Assembly (NCBI GenBank): GCA_951406725.2
Contig: OX597824.1
Span: forward strand, 88,846,001-88,910,000
Direction: 5' to 3'
From: Octopus vulgaris
Taxonomy: Eukaryota
Length of the DNA stretch: 64,000 nucleotides
Part shown: positions 39,565 through 54,200 of the stretch, in pieces
How the letters are laid out: every line of letters starts with the position of its first letter
How positions within the stretch are numbered: the first letter of the stretch is position 1
Program-made: the position numbers and the translations under genes
The notes under the pieces: generated by a model
Databases searched by the model: none
Seen by the model: the letters and a program-made list of their open reading frames with translations, nothing else
Told to the model about the DNA's origin: nothing

Positions 39565-40010
39565 TGCCATCGCACAGCTTCTAACGCTGGAGATGTAATG
39601 CGGTGCCAGCTGTTCACTACCAGTGAACTAAGGCAACACCCCTTATTTTTCGAGCACCATCCGGAATATTCTAGCTGTTCCAAGTAGAGCTATTTTCTGC
39701 AAGAGCCCCACCCTTATTGCAGCCCCTATTTGTTCCATGTACTTCTCAATATTTTTACTCACTGTTCCCAGGGCTCCGATAATTATTGGTACGTTTTCAG
39801 CGACCACAACTGCTTAACCTCCCAAGCTAACCTGTCATATCTCTCGACTTTTCTTTCTTCCTTATCGCATACCTTGTTGTCAGCTGGGCATGCTATATCT
39901 ATAATCCAGCATAGTTTGTTTTCTTTCTCAATTAAGACTATGTCCGACTTCCTATTCTCAATACCATGGTCGCACTGAATCATAAAATCCCGTAGGATCT
40001 TTGCATTCGA
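39565..40010 (-). mobile_element. Dong/R4-like 3' fragment
   Basis: ENRKSDIVLIEKENKLCWIIDIACPADNKV. Confidence 0.8.
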
Positions 40011-40064
40011 TCATCGAAAATTTTTATTGTTATTATTATTATTGTTATTATTATAATAATTATT

Positions 40065-41650
40065 ATTGCCTTTGCACAGCTTCTAACGCTGGAGATGTAC
40101 TACAGTGTCAGCTGTTCACTACAAGTGAACTATGGTAACACCTCTTATTTTTCGAGCACCTTCTGGAGTATTCGAGCGGTCTCAAGCAGTGCTGTTTTCT
40201 GCAAGTGCTCCACCCTTATTGCAGTCCCTATTTGTTCCACGTACTTCTCAAGATTTTTGCTCACTGTTCCCAGGGCTCCGACAATTATTGGTACTACTGC
40301 TACATTTTTCATCGCCCACAACTGCTTAACTTCCCAAGCTAACCTGTCATATCTCTCAACTTTTCTTTCTTCCTTATCGCATACCTTGTTGTCAGCTGGG
40401 CATGCTATGTCTATGATCCAGCATAGTTTGTTTTCTTTCTCAATTAAGACTATGTCCGGCTTCCTATTCTCTATCTCATAGTCGCACTGAATCATAAAAT
40501 TCCAAAAGATCTTTGCATTTCTATTTTCGACGATGCCTTTATGTTTGTGGTCGTACCAGTTTTTTGCTCTGTCAAGTCCATATGCAAAGTGTCCAATGGA
40601 CAAACTTGGATTTATTGCCATGGCATCTCTTATATTCCTTCTGGGCTAGTGACGTACATTGGCTGGTAATGTGCCATACGGTTTCACCGTTTTGCCCACA
40701 GATTCTGCACTTATCACTTTCTGCTGTGTTGTCTATTCTGTATTTTATGTAGTTTGTTCTTAGTGCCTGCTCTCGGGCAGCACAGATTAGAGCCTCCGTT
40801 TCCGGTTTTAAATCACTCTTAGTCATCCACAACAATCCTTTTTCTCTCTCTGTCTTATCTTCAACATCCCTATGAAATTGACCATGCATTCTTTTCTTTA
40901 CTCACCTATTTTCAGTTTCATTCGTTTTCAATTTCTTGTATTGTGCTTTATCTTTGCAAACTTTCATCCTACACAAGCCTGACCTTCTTCCTTCTAGTGA
41001 AATGTCGCTAGAAGTTCTCCTGTGGTCTTACCTTTATTCTCTCGTAGATTGCCTTTTGTTCATCTGTCATGTCGCCATCAGTTTTATTGCCTCCTTTTAG
41101 ATCATCTATATGTCTCTCATCAAGTAAGCTACCACTGCTCCTTTCCCCTGCTATAGGATTACTCTTACTAGTAAGAACTGTATTTTCATTCTTATCTCTG
41201 CTGCTATTGTCCAAGACCCGTCTTTTGATAGCTTACAGCTCTACTTCTGTGAACCAACAATTTTTTCTTATTGCTCTACCTTGATCACATAGTCTGTTCC
41301 GTGAGTTGAAACGATCCCTTTTCTCTCCAATGATCATACATACGTTGTCGGTAACCCCTAATTTGAGCACCATTTTCATCTACCGGGTTGCTCAAGTAGT
41401 AACACTCCATAACCACAGCATTAATTTGTTTGCTCCATCTACGCCATGTGCGGTGGTCCCTTTCTGGATATCGACAGGCTGGAGCCGGACCAGACTCTCT
41501 GAGTCTACCGGATGTAACACTGTCACCATCATTGGCTGCAGTTTCATTACCACCGTTATTCACAATATTTTGATTTTTCATTGTTACTCATAAGAGGTAG
41601 CGATTATCTGGTTGCGCAATTACCAGTGTTTTATTGTGACACCATCGCTA
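40065..41650 (-). mobile_element. Internally deleted Dong/R4-like LINE retaining both ends
   Basis: N-terminus (WSKQINAVVMECYY...GYRQRMYDHW), CCHC knuckle CRICGQNGETVWHITSQC, RLE KPDIV..IDIACP; no RT core. Confidence 0.75.
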
Positions 41651-42222
<572 letters not shown>

Positions 42223-42225
42223 ATC

Positions 42226-42316
<91 letters not shown>

Positions 42317-43083
42317 CATCATGAAAACCAGCTCTTTCTCTATTGGCAAAAATTCTCGAGTTAAAACTGAATGACATACATACATACACACACACATACA
42401 TACATACACATACCACACATGCCATGAATACCAGACATACACATCAATATCACTTTACAATCCTGTGTTCCGGGTTCGCTATCACTGCGTGGAACTTTGG
42501 ACAAACGTCTTTCCACTGTAACCTCGAATTACTTGACACCTTGCGAGCGGAGTTTCGCAGAAGGAAACTATGCGAAGCCCCAAATGTGTGTGTATATATG
42601 AGAATGTATCTGTATTTACGTGGAGTGATCTAAAATTAGACGATGTTGTTTGTGTTTTGTCATTCTGTGAACGGTGTCTTAGCAGACCAAATAGACTGAG
42701 CCAAAAATTGAGGTCAAGAGGATGAATAAAAACCTTGAGGTGGCAGACCAGGAAAGGAAAAGAAGTTGTTTGTTTTGAGAGGATTGGTAGGTCTGATGTT
42801 TTGAGGAGATACAGGGAGATGGGAAGAGGTGGAGGAGGAGGAGGAAGAGAAAGAGAGAGGTGGTGGGCGAGTCCCTGTGAGAGAGAGAAGGAGAGACAGA
42901 GTGAGAGGGGAGAAGAGACAGAGGAGGAGGAAGAGAGAAGAAAGACAAAGAGAGAGAGAGAGAGTGAGAGAGAGAGACAAGGAGAGAGGCGAGATAGAGA
43001 AGGTGACAAAGAGAGGGATGGAGTAGAGAGAGAAGAGATAGAAGGGGAAAGAGAGGGAGTGAGAAAAAAGAGTGGAGAGCGAG

Positions 43084-43115
<32 letters not shown>

Positions 43116-43395
43116 GTGGGGGTTTGAGAGAGGGAAAGAGAAGAGGTGGGAGGAGGTCTACCGAACCAATCTAAATTTATGCATAATGAGCCAATTGTGA
43201 TGGTTTGGAGGTCAATGACGAGACAAACAAAACCACGTGACTCAAAGAAACAAGGGCAGTTCTAATGACGGTCGCTCCTCGTTTGTATGCATCTGTGTGT
43301 GTGTGTGTGTGTGTGTGTGTGCAAATGTGTATGTGTGAATGTGTGTATGCATGTATATGTGTGTATGTACATGACTGTATGTGTGTGAAACTTTT

Positions 43396-43459
<64 letters not shown>

Positions 43460-43821
43460 GGTGCCCCAGCATGGCCACAGCTTGTGAGCTGAAACTAGAT
43501 AAAAAAAAAAAAAATATATATATATATATATATAATAACAAAATAATAAATGAAACATGCATATATACATACATATATGAACGCACCTACATCTATATGT
43601 ATATATACATCCATATATAGGTACAGGACACCAAAAAAAGAACAAAAAAAAAAACGTCGAACACAATGAGAAACGAAAACATAAAAACAGAACTATGGAA
43701 ACGAACATTTTTTAAAAACAACGAAAAAAAAACAGGGTACAAGACATACGACACAAGGAAAATTCCCCTTCTTCAGCCGCCTCCGTTTCGTCCACTCCGC
43801 GTTTCGAAGATATATATATAT

Positions 43822-44049
43822 TACTCTTTTTACTCTTTACTCTTTTACTTGTTTCAGTCATTTGACTGCGGCCATGCTGGAGCACCGCCTTTAGTCGAGC
43901 AAAACGACCCCGGTACTTATTCTTTGTAAGCCCAGTACTTATTCTATTGGTCTCTTTTGCCGAACCGCTAAGTGACGGGGACGTAAACACACCAGCATCG
44001 GTTGTCAAGCAATGCTAGGGGGACAAACACAGACACACAAACACACACA

Positions 44050-44099
<50 letters not shown>

Positions 44100-44256
44100 T
44101 ACGACGGGCTTCTTTCTGTTTCCGTCTACCAAATCCAATCACAAGGCATTGGTCGGTCCGGGGCCATAGCAGAAGACACTAGCCCAAGATGCCACGCAGT
44201 GGGACTGAACCCGGAACCATGTGGTTGGTTAGCAAGCTACTTACCACACAGCCACT

Positions 44257-44259
<3 letters not shown>
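43822..44259 (-). mobile_element. SINE family A
   Basis: Body match. Confidence 0.85.
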
Positions 44260-44327
<68 letters not shown>

Positions 44328-46115
44328 CTATATATATATATATATTATATCTATATATATATATATAGATCGATATTGTGTATGTGTGCATGTGTAAGGT
44401 TTTTCTTTTGTTTTATCGAGTATAACGGCGGATCGATCTTAGTTATGTGATTGAAGTGTTTCGGATAAATTGTAACCGATAAGTCTAAGGTCCACATATG
44501 ACGCATACAGTGACACGCTGATTCTGTTTGGGAACAGCCTAAAGGGTGCACGGGTCTCTGAAATGCCCAGCCCCTTATGTCTGAATTCAAGGGGCAAATA
44601 GTTCCGTTGATCGAAACCGTGAGTAGTCATCGTCGAAAGCAACGGCGACCCATTTACTTTACTTAGTAGACGAAAATCATTGAACAGCGTTGGTGGTATT
44701 GACATTGGATGCTTGCTACTGACGAGGCCCAATGAAGCAGAAATACAGGACGACTTTTCTTTGCTACTGACACTGTATCTTCAGGCATATAAGTTTAACT
44801 TTTCAGACCAAAATTTAAAGCCAAAAAAGTAGGTTGGCTTATACACCAAGATGACTTCTGAGGAGAAAATGCACCAGGATTTGGAAAGATAATAATAATG
44901 TTTATATTATGTATGTATGCATATGTATAACCCCCACCCCACATATATATGTATGACAGAAACATTAACTAAGAGTAAAAGCTCAGTGGCTAGAGGAGGG
45001 GTTTGAAACACGAGGACAAGGTTATACTAAATACTATAAAAGAAAAATTCTCGATTTACTGCAATTATCTTGGCTTCGAGGGAAGGTAAACAAACACCCG
45101 GCGGTAAATGTGAAATAAAGACTGCAGTCATTATTCCCGACTGAAAGGAATTGCTCCAGTATAGCCGCACCCGATGACTGAAACTGAGGGAGAGAAAAAC
45201 AGAGAGAGATTGAGGGAGGGAGAGAGAGAGGGGGATGGATAGAAGGAGGGATAGAGAGGGAGAGTGAGGGATAGAGAGGGATAGAGAGGGAGAGAGAGGG
45301 AAGGAGAGAGACAGGGAGAGTGAGGGATAGAGAGGGAGAGAAGGACGGAGGGAGAGAGAAAGAAATAAGGAAAGAAGGAGAGAGCGATAGGAGAGAGTGA
45401 GTGAGAGAGAGAGAGATGAATAAGTGTAAGGTTACAAATTCTAGGCGGTGGTTATGTCTGGAATGTCTGGAATGCTCATTGAATATTATCATCATCGTCT
45501 TTGTCATCATCATCATCATCATCATCATTATTATCTTCACCGCCACCACCTCCATATCCATCATCACCATCACCGTCACTCCCTTCCCTGGACGCTACTG
45601 TCATCAGTTCCACGGATCTGTTCTCCGGTTTCCATGGTCAATAAGTGACCCCACCAAAGGACAACATCCATCTCTGAACGGGAAACCAGTCCGTTTTAGG
45701 GTTATACTCATTTACAGCCGAGCAGACTGGAGCAACGAATAATGAAGTGTTATATTTTTTACTAAAAAACACAACGCGTCGCCCGGCCTGGGAATCGAAG
45801 CCGCTAACTTGCGATCCAAAGTGCAACATCTCAACCACCAGGCCACGCGTCTAATCTAGAAAACACGGACTCGAAACCAATGAAGACGTCGGTCCTCACA
45901 CTTCACACGTAAATCCCCCTCTGTCTCCCTCCCGTCTCTTTACAGAATTGTCTAAAGTCTTTGGAAAGCTTCTCAAATGGCTGAATGGCACCGTGAGCAT
46001 TCTACAAATTATAATCTGTGAAGAATAAATACTTTTGTCTCTGATATCTGAATTCCATCGCAGTGGCCTTGATTCTGAGAGTATAGCCATTTGTTTTCCC
46101 CGAGAAGGAGAGAGA

Positions 46116-46181
<66 letters not shown>

Positions 46182-46904
46182 GGGAAAGGGAGAAAGAGAG
46201 AGAGAGGGAGAGAGAGGGAAAGGGAGAAAGAAAAAGGAGAGATTACGGGAGGGTGTGTTTGTGTGAGAGGGAGGGATTGAGAGGGAGAGAGGGAAAGGGA
46301 GAAAGAAAAAGGAGGGTGTGTTTGTGTGAGAGGGAGAGAGGTAGGGATAGAGAGGGAGAGTGAGGGACAGAGAGGGAGAGAGACAGGGAGAGCGAGGGAT
46401 AGAGAGGAAGAGAGAGAGAGAGGGAAAGGGAGAAAGAAAAAGGAGAGAGTACGGGAGGGTGTGTTTGTGTGAGAGGGAGAGAGGGAGGGAGAGAGAGAGA
46501 AAAACCACCTAAAAAGGAAGAGAAACTGTAAATAACTATAGACATATATAGAAACACACACACACACACACACACACACGTACGCACGAATACAAACATA
46601 CACACACTCATACACATACAAGCACACACGTAACACAAGCACGCATTCGTGTGCGCGCGTATATTTGATATTGCGTGAGTCGCCTCACCCACGTTACGTA
46701 GAGAGATAAAGAAACGCAAAAGAAGGCAGAAGCTAAGCTTGGTTCTGTTATAAAAGAAGTCCTTTGTTGTAATTGGAACACACGAACGCGTACACACATG
46801 CGTACGCAAGCACACGCACGCACACACACACAGAGTTTTCAAGTACAGACGATAATCGCGTGCGTTCACCCATCATCACAAACACACGCATAAGGAAGCT
46901 GAAA

Positions 46905-47243
46905 AGATGTTAGAAGCACGTACACATAAATATGGAAGGTGAAAAGGCACAGATATATAGAAGTACGAACACATATATGGAAGGTGAAAAGGCACATATA
47001 TATAGAAGTACGAACACATATATGGAAGCTAAACAGGGACAAAAAAAGGTAAAAGCACGTACATATGAATATGGAAGGTGAAAAGGCACAGATATATAGA
47101 AGTACGAAGACATATATGGAAGCTAAACAGGGACAAAAAAGGTAAAATCACGTACATATAAATATGGAAGCTGAAAAAGGAGAAATCATAGAAGCGCGTT
47201 CAAATAAATATGGAAGATGAAAAGAGACAAATTATGAATGTAC

Positions 47244-47310
<67 letters not shown>

Positions 47311-47365
47311 TATGTTTATATTCATATATATATGGAAAGTGAAAAGGAACAAATATATGAAATCG
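46905..47365. repeat. Degenerate ~42-46-bp minisatellite
   Basis: Repeated atatggaaggtgaaaaggcacagatatatagaagtacgaacacat. Confidence 0.75.
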
Positions 47366-48015
47366 CATTTGCTTACAAACTCAAAAACGCGGCCCAAACT
47401 GCCATAACATGTTCTAATACAATAAATCTTCCCTTGGGAGGGGAGTCTCTTAAAAGTTAACGTTGTTGAAGTTTGTTTTTTTATTTTTAGTGAGAAGATG
47501 TTGCAAATATTTAGAAAGCTGGCAATTACTGAATCGCTTTGTTCTGCACATCTAGCAATAATGGCTGCATCATTTTTGCATTTCTCATAATAGCATTTTA
47601 GCTGCTACGGTGGATCTGAAAGAAATAAAGAGGAAATTATAAATTGGTTTCAAGCGAGAAATCTACCGATAATTGCGCCCGTGATATCCGAAATGAGCAA
47701 GAACCATTAAATCCGAGCGTGCCATCAATTCCGGTTCTGCATTGAAGAAAGCATCGAAGCTAAAGGCAGGTTTATGAGGAAGTATATTGCGAATCCGTGC
47801 ACAAATTTTTGTTAAAATATATTTGTTTTTTCATTAGATCTGAGTTGTTTTATTAAATTACCATATATGTCCTCAAAGACTTCTGGTACACTGTGTGTGT
47901 GTGTACGTGTATGTATGTATGTATGTATGTATGTATGTATGTATGTATGTATGTATGTATGTATGTATGTATGTTTGTATGTATGTGTATGTATGTATGT
48001 ATGTATGTGTGTATG

Positions 48016-48081
<66 letters not shown>

Positions 48082-48084
<3 letters not shown>

Positions 48085-48905
48085 TCATCATCATCGTTTA
48101 ACGTCTGATTTCCGTGCTGACATGGGTTTGACGGTTTGACTGAGGACTGGTGAGCCAGAGGCTGCACCAGGCTCAATCTGATCTGGCAAAGTTTCTATAG
48201 CTGGATGCCCTTCCTAACGCCAACCACTCCAAGAGTGTAGTGGGTACTTTTACGTGCCACCGGCACGAGGGCTAGTCAGGCGGTTCTGGCAACGACCATG
48301 CTCAAAAAGTGTTTTTTCCGTGCTACCTGCACGGGAACCAGTCCGGCGGCACTGACAACGACCACGCTCGAATGTTGTTTTTCACGTGCCACCGGCACAT
48401 GTGCCGGTTGGGCGACTCTAGCAACGATCACGCTCGAATGGCATAGGCCATGGGTCATGGTCTTACTTGGCTTGTCGGGTCTTCTCAAGCACAGCATATC
48501 TCCAAAGGTCTCGTTCACTAGTCATTGCCTCGGTAAGGCCCAATGTTCGAAGGTCGTGCTTCACCACCTCATCCCAGGTTTTCCTGGGTCTACCTCTTCC
48601 ACAGGCTCCCTCAACTACTAAGGTGTGACACTTTTTCACACAGCTGTCCTCATTCATTCGCAACACATGACCATACCAGCGCAGTCGTCACTCTTGCACA
48701 CTACATCTGATGCTCCTTAAATCCAACTTTTCTCTCAAGGAACTTGCACTCTGTCGTGTATGCACACTGACATTACACATCCAGCAGAGCATACTGGCTT
48801 CATTCCTTGCAAGCTTACGCATGTCCTCAGCAGTCACGGCTCATGTCTCACTGCCATGTAGCATGGCTGTTCGTACACATGCGTCATACAGTATACCTTT
48901 TACTC
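48082..48905 (-). mobile_element. RTE-BovB-like LINE 3' end with tandem-unit 3'UTR
   Basis: YDACVRTAMLHGSETW...GRGRPRKTWDEVVKHDL...WRYAVLEKTRQAK* followed by UTR and (GAT)n. Confidence 0.85.
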
Positions 48906-48925
48906 TCTGTCTCTGTCTGTCTGTC

Positions 48926-48982
<57 letters not shown>

Positions 48983-49189
48983 GTGTGTGTGTATCGCTGA
49001 CCGCGGACCCAAGAAGGATAAGTGAATAATTTAAAGGTGTCTTCATCACCCCTCTGTAACACATGCAGAGAAAGAACCCGGCCGAATTCTTTAATTTTGC
49101 AGCCCTAAAAAAGGGGGTGCCAACCATCAATACAACAACATTGAGGAGACAGCTCATGCTCCGTCACTGGTCCCGATGGGTTCCCTCAG

Positions 49190-49795
49190 TTACCACAGTG
49201 CCAAACTAACAGCGGAGCTTGAAGCAGTCCAGCGCCACTACATTAAAAAGATTGGAACAGTGCAGCGGATGAGCTACAGGGATAGGCTGAGAAAAGTACA
49301 ACTTTGCTCTCTGGAGCGAAGGCGTGAGAGATATGCAATAATCTACATATAGAAAACTCTTGAAGGGCTAGTACCTAACTTCGGCATTGAGTGTTATACA
49401 AATGCCAGAACTGGCTGCCTTTGTATTGTACCAAAGGTACCATCTACTCCATCGAAATTCAGGACCAGGTACTGCTATAGTCTCGGGTACAAAGGCCCAC
49501 AGTTCTTCAATGCCTTACTACAAAAATTATGAAATCTATATAAGGTGGAAGTAAATATCTTCAAAAAGGAACAAGACATCCTCCTTTTCACAATACAGGA
49601 TGAACCAACAACACGACATGAGGTGCAGACGAGGGCAGCGGAATCAAACTCCCTTATGCACCAAATGGGCTAATAGCTGGGACAGAGGCACATACAGGAA
49701 TGGTGATGTGAAACACCCCAGACTGAGGAAATCAGAAGGACCATGGTGGTGCTCCAGCATGACCGCAGCTGCATGGCTGAAACTAGTAAAAGAAT
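49190..49795 (+). mobile_element. CR1/L2-group LINE 3' fragment (decayed)
   Basis: LEAVQRHYIKKI...SLERRRERYAIIYI; homologous to 14675-15133. Confidence 0.7.
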
Positions 49796-49817
49796 ATATA
49801 TATATATACATGTATCC

Positions 49818-49861
49818 GCACGCACGCACGCACGCACGCAGGCACGCAGGCACGCACGCAG

Positions 49862-49916
<55 letters not shown>

Positions 49917-49932
49917 CACGCACGCGCGCACG

Positions 49933-49985
<53 letters not shown>
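49818..49985. repeat. (GCAC)n plus (CA)n microsatellite
   Basis: Direct reading. Confidence 0.9.
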
Positions 49986-50088
49986 GCACTCAACACAGGC
50001 GAATGCAATTATATCAAACATCATACGACATAAATCTTAGATTTATTAAAATTATTTCCGCCTCTGGAGAATGTTATAATTATATATA

Positions 50089-50605
50089 CCGTAAATCCTC
50101 GAGTATAGTCCGCCCTTGAGTATAATACGCAGGGGATTTTTAGGGGGCTGTACTTCTGAAAAACCTAAACCTTGTGTATAATACGCACGCACCCCTTCTC
50201 TAACTTGAGTCAAGGAGGTCTATATAACGTCCTTGGTTTGTAAAAATGTATACAGTAACGTCCTTTTTTATTATTGTATATATAATATAATGCAAACGTG
50301 TAGCATTTTTGTGCATTTTGTTTGCAGAAAATAAAGAAATAACAGTAATAACGTTTAATAAATGTTGCTTATTGCAAGTAATGGATGATTCTTTTATGAC
50401 TTCATTGCTTTCAGGCTTAGCTTAAGGTATTTTCGCGCCCGACATCACAAAATGCGTCTGAATAAAAACATTGCTGGACAGCAAATAGAGACTCGGACGT
50501 TGCTTAGAAAATAATTTTCGTTTTTAACCTCGTATATAGTACGCACTTGGGATTTTGACCATTAAATTTTGGGAAAAAGTGCGGATTATAATCGAGGATT
50601 TACGG
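50089..50605. mobile_element. Tc2/pogo-like non-autonomous element, copy 2
   Basis: TA|CCGTAAATCCTCGA...TCGAGGATTTACGG|TA. Confidence 0.8.
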
Positions 50606-50888
50606 TATATATATATGTGTATGTATGTAAATGTGTACATATAAAAACGAGCTAAGGGAAAGAACTCCGAGTTGTATGTAGTTGAACAGTATAGACAAAA
50701 ACGAGTGTATCAAATACTGTACTACATAAATTCCAGCTTTATCAATTTTTAACTCCGCCTCTAAGAATATGTCAGAATTACGAAATGGTAGGCAAAAGCA
50801 GCTCTCTTTGCGAAGGGGAGATAATCTCAAGAATTCTCCGCAGTAGACATACCATTAAAGAAAAGGACAGGATTAGTGTCTGGAAATA

Positions 50889-51453
50889 TTAAGTTGTCCG
50901 GAAAGTTTGTGCTGATTTTTAAAGGAAAGAAAAGGGTCAATAAATACTTGCCATTACATTTTTAATCAACCAAATATGAACCATTTTGTTGCACAATGCA
51001 TCTCCGTCTTTCCTTTAACTTGAAAATAGCCTCTTCCCAGAATTGAGTGGTTTCATGGCAAAGAATTCATCAAGGTATCTTTTTACGTCATCCAAGGAAT
51101 TGAAATTTTTACCATTAAGACTATTCTGCAGAGACCTGAATAAGTGGAAATCCAAAGGAGCAATATCTGGTGAATATGGAGGGTTGGGTAACACATCCCA
51201 GCCGAGCTGCAGCAATTTTTGTCTGGTTCCCAAAGCATCAAGTGCCGAAAATGAACTTTCTTATCTTCCATTTTAAAGGGTTACAAAATTAACTCAGGTT
51301 ATAGGAACATAAACCTTCTTCCACGAAAAGATAGCTTAAACTGTGCTCTAAATGGAGGAGTAGTCGAATCCTATTTTATGGACTCAACCATGTTCTAAAA
51401 TAAGTCGAAAGGTAAGCTACTATAAATAGGCACGAACTTTCCGGACAACCCAA
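50889..51453 (-). mobile_element. Internally deleted mariner element
   Basis: TA-flanked ~30-bp TIRs; MEDKKVHFRHLML fused to LGWDVLPNPPYSPDIAPLDFHLFRSL (YSPDLAP motif). Confidence 0.85.
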
Positions 51454-52344
51454 TAAATGGACAGTTGTGGATACCTGTTTCTGCCTCAATAAGCGCCATT
51501 AGCTCGACATTTGTGCAACGTTATCGGCAGGAACCAAGCGACTTGGACTTATACAAAAATAAAAGAAAAAGATCACAATATCATGGCCCAGGTAATTTGC
51601 GTAATTTAACAACAACGAAAAAAAAAAATGAAGAGAAATAGCTCGAAGTGACCAGTGGCCTGTATTTGAACCCCTCCCCTTACTTTCCAACCTATTCTAT
51701 GCGTATTTTTCATATTTTAAGCTGAAGTCCTGCTGGGATGGATGTTATCTTTCAATCATTCAATCATAAGTCCCACCCAAGTATCTAGATAAATTTGCTT
51801 GACTACACCCTCCTCCAGCAAAACATTAAGCCTTCTCCAAATGCTGCACCCAGCTGGAAACGGGTACTTAGCCTTTTTCAGGGCCGCAGCACACGTCCCT
51901 GCAGTGCTAGAAATCAGAGAAACCAATCCCATCTAAGGGGTACTAAAACGGACAGCAGATGGACATCCGGGAGTCGTGACTCAGATGTGGCTCGACGCCC
52001 CTAGTGTGTCAGGAATTAAGGGCTGAAACACTTACCTAAAAGAGGTTTCTCCTTTGAGGACCAGCTGCTGTTACGTTCTCTCCGAGTTTCCTTCCACTGT
52101 AAAATCAATATTATTCTTCTATATAATTTCCAGCATATCGATTCATTAATTAATCTCTTGTCCTCACATTCTGAATTCAAATTCCGCCGAGGCCGACTTT
52201 GCCTTTCAACCTTTCATGAACGAGAAAATAGGTACCACTTGAGTATTGGGGTCGATTTAATCGACTCAACCTCTCCTCCGACATTGCTGGCTTTGTGCTA
52301 AAATTTTAAATCAATAATTAATCATAAATTTACACGATCAGAAG

Positions 52345-52750
52345 TAGGAGTGGCTTGCTTACCAACCACATGGTTCGGGCTCAGTCCCACAACGTGGCAC
52401 CTTGGACAAGTGTCTTCTACTATAGCCTCGGGCCGACCACAGTCTTGTGAGTGGATTTGGTAGACGGAAACTGAAAGAAGCCTGTCGTATATATGTATAT
52501 ATATATATACGTGTGTGTGTGTGTGTATGTTTGTGTGTCTGTTTGTCCTCCCTCAACATCGCTTGACAACCGATGCTGGTGTGTTTACGTTCTCGTAACT
52601 TAGTGGTTCGGCAAAAGAGACCAATAGAATAAGTACTAGGCTTACAAAGAATAAGTCCCGGGGTCGATTTGTTCGACTAAAGGCGGTGCTCCAGCATGGC
52701 CACAGTCAAATGACTGAAACAAGTAAAAGAGTAAAAGAGTAAAAGAGAGA
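52345..52750 (+). mobile_element. SINE family A
   Basis: Body match. Confidence 0.8.
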
Positions 52751-53369
52751 GCAGGAAAAAAAATAAACAAAACTCTCAAGGCAGAGAGAGTTACCTCCCT
52801 TACATCAGCAACTGTTACACTTGACGCCGAGATCTTTAATCGAAGTCGATGAAGCCTTCAATTTTTGTTTTTCTTTCGCGTATCTTTTGTGTTAGCATTT
52901 GGATAAAGAAAGAGTGTCTATGCGTGTATGAATGATATTGATCTCTCTCTCTGTGTCTCTCTCACTCTTTCAACAGTTACGTTGTTTTATATAGTTGCCC
53001 TTGAATATGTCACGTATGGAATTTACTTTTTCCTCAACCACAAGAGTGTATAACTTAACCCGTATATTTAAAGAAGACATCGCCTTGAGCAGATCCATAC
53101 ATTGACCTGCAGAGTTATGTCGATTAGTGTTGGCAGCAGATAAACCATGCGAATAGTAGCACGGCTTCCTTAGAACAGGTGATGATGATAGTAACGAAGG
53201 CGATGATAGGCATAAAATTCACTGCAGTTCACCGCAGTTTATCGTGTAGACACTTTTTTTCCAAGTGCGGTAGAGCGCTGAATAAAAACGCTCTGTAAGG
53301 TTGAGTTACGTCCCTTCGCCTTTTCTCTTTCAAATAATAAAATTATTAAATAAAATAATTAACCATTAT

Positions 53370-53518
53370 AGTGGTAAGTAGCTCGCTAACCAACAACATG
53401 GTTCCGGGTTCAGTCCCACTGCGTGGCATCTTGGGCAAGTGTCTTCTGCTATAGCCCCGGGCCGACCAATGCCTTGTGAGTGGATTTGGTAGACGGAAAC
53501 TGAAAGAAGCCTGTCGTA

Positions 53519-53591
<73 letters not shown>

Positions 53592-53809
53592 TTGTGTGTC
53601 TGTGTTTGTTCCCCTAGCATTGCTTGACAACCGATACTGGTGTGTTTATGTCCCCGTCACTTAGCGGTTCGGCAAAAGAGACCGATAGAATAAGTACTGG
53701 GCTTACAAAGAATAAGTCCCGGGGTCGATTTGCTCGATTAAAGGCGGTGCTCCAGCACGGCCGCAGTCAAATGACTGAAACAAGTAAAAGAGTAAAAGAG
53801 TAAAAGAGT
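53370..53809 (+). mobile_element. SINE family A (5' clipped)
   Basis: Body match. Confidence 0.85.
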
Positions 53810-54200
53810 ATCTTACAAACAATATCTCTGAGCACTTTTTCAAACTCCACCTGTCTAACACCCGTGGACATGTTTACAAAGTCAGAAAACAGCACAGTTC
53901 CCATGGCTTCAGGAAACATATTTTCACGCTAAGAGTTGCTGAAGTATGGAACAAACTGCCGGCATCAGTTGTTTGTGGTTGCAGCACTGCATCCTTCAAA
54001 ACTTCCATTCTTCCTGAGATTCGCCAACACTACACCTGATTTTCTCCCTCCATACACACGCAAGCATGTATCTGACTCATACACTGTTCACTTTCCAGAC
54101 ATTTGTACATTACTGCATATGCTTTATATGCACTTTTGACAAGTTGTGGTGCACCTGAGCACTGTATACAGTAATTTCATTATTATTATCATTATTATAC
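53810..54200 (+). mobile_element. CR1-like LINE 3' end
   Basis: TRGHVYKVRKQH...FTLRVAEVWNKLPASVV...SFK, then UTR and (ATT)n tail. Confidence 0.8.

Noticed and set aside
45896-46869. 248-aa and 208-aa ORFs
   Set aside because: Stop-free only because they read through (CT)n/(GA)-rich low-complexity sequence
47530-47615. Possible additional minus-strand exon (tttctttcag acceptor, gtaatt donor)
   Set aside because: Weak donor and not needed for phase continuity; no way to support it from sequence alone
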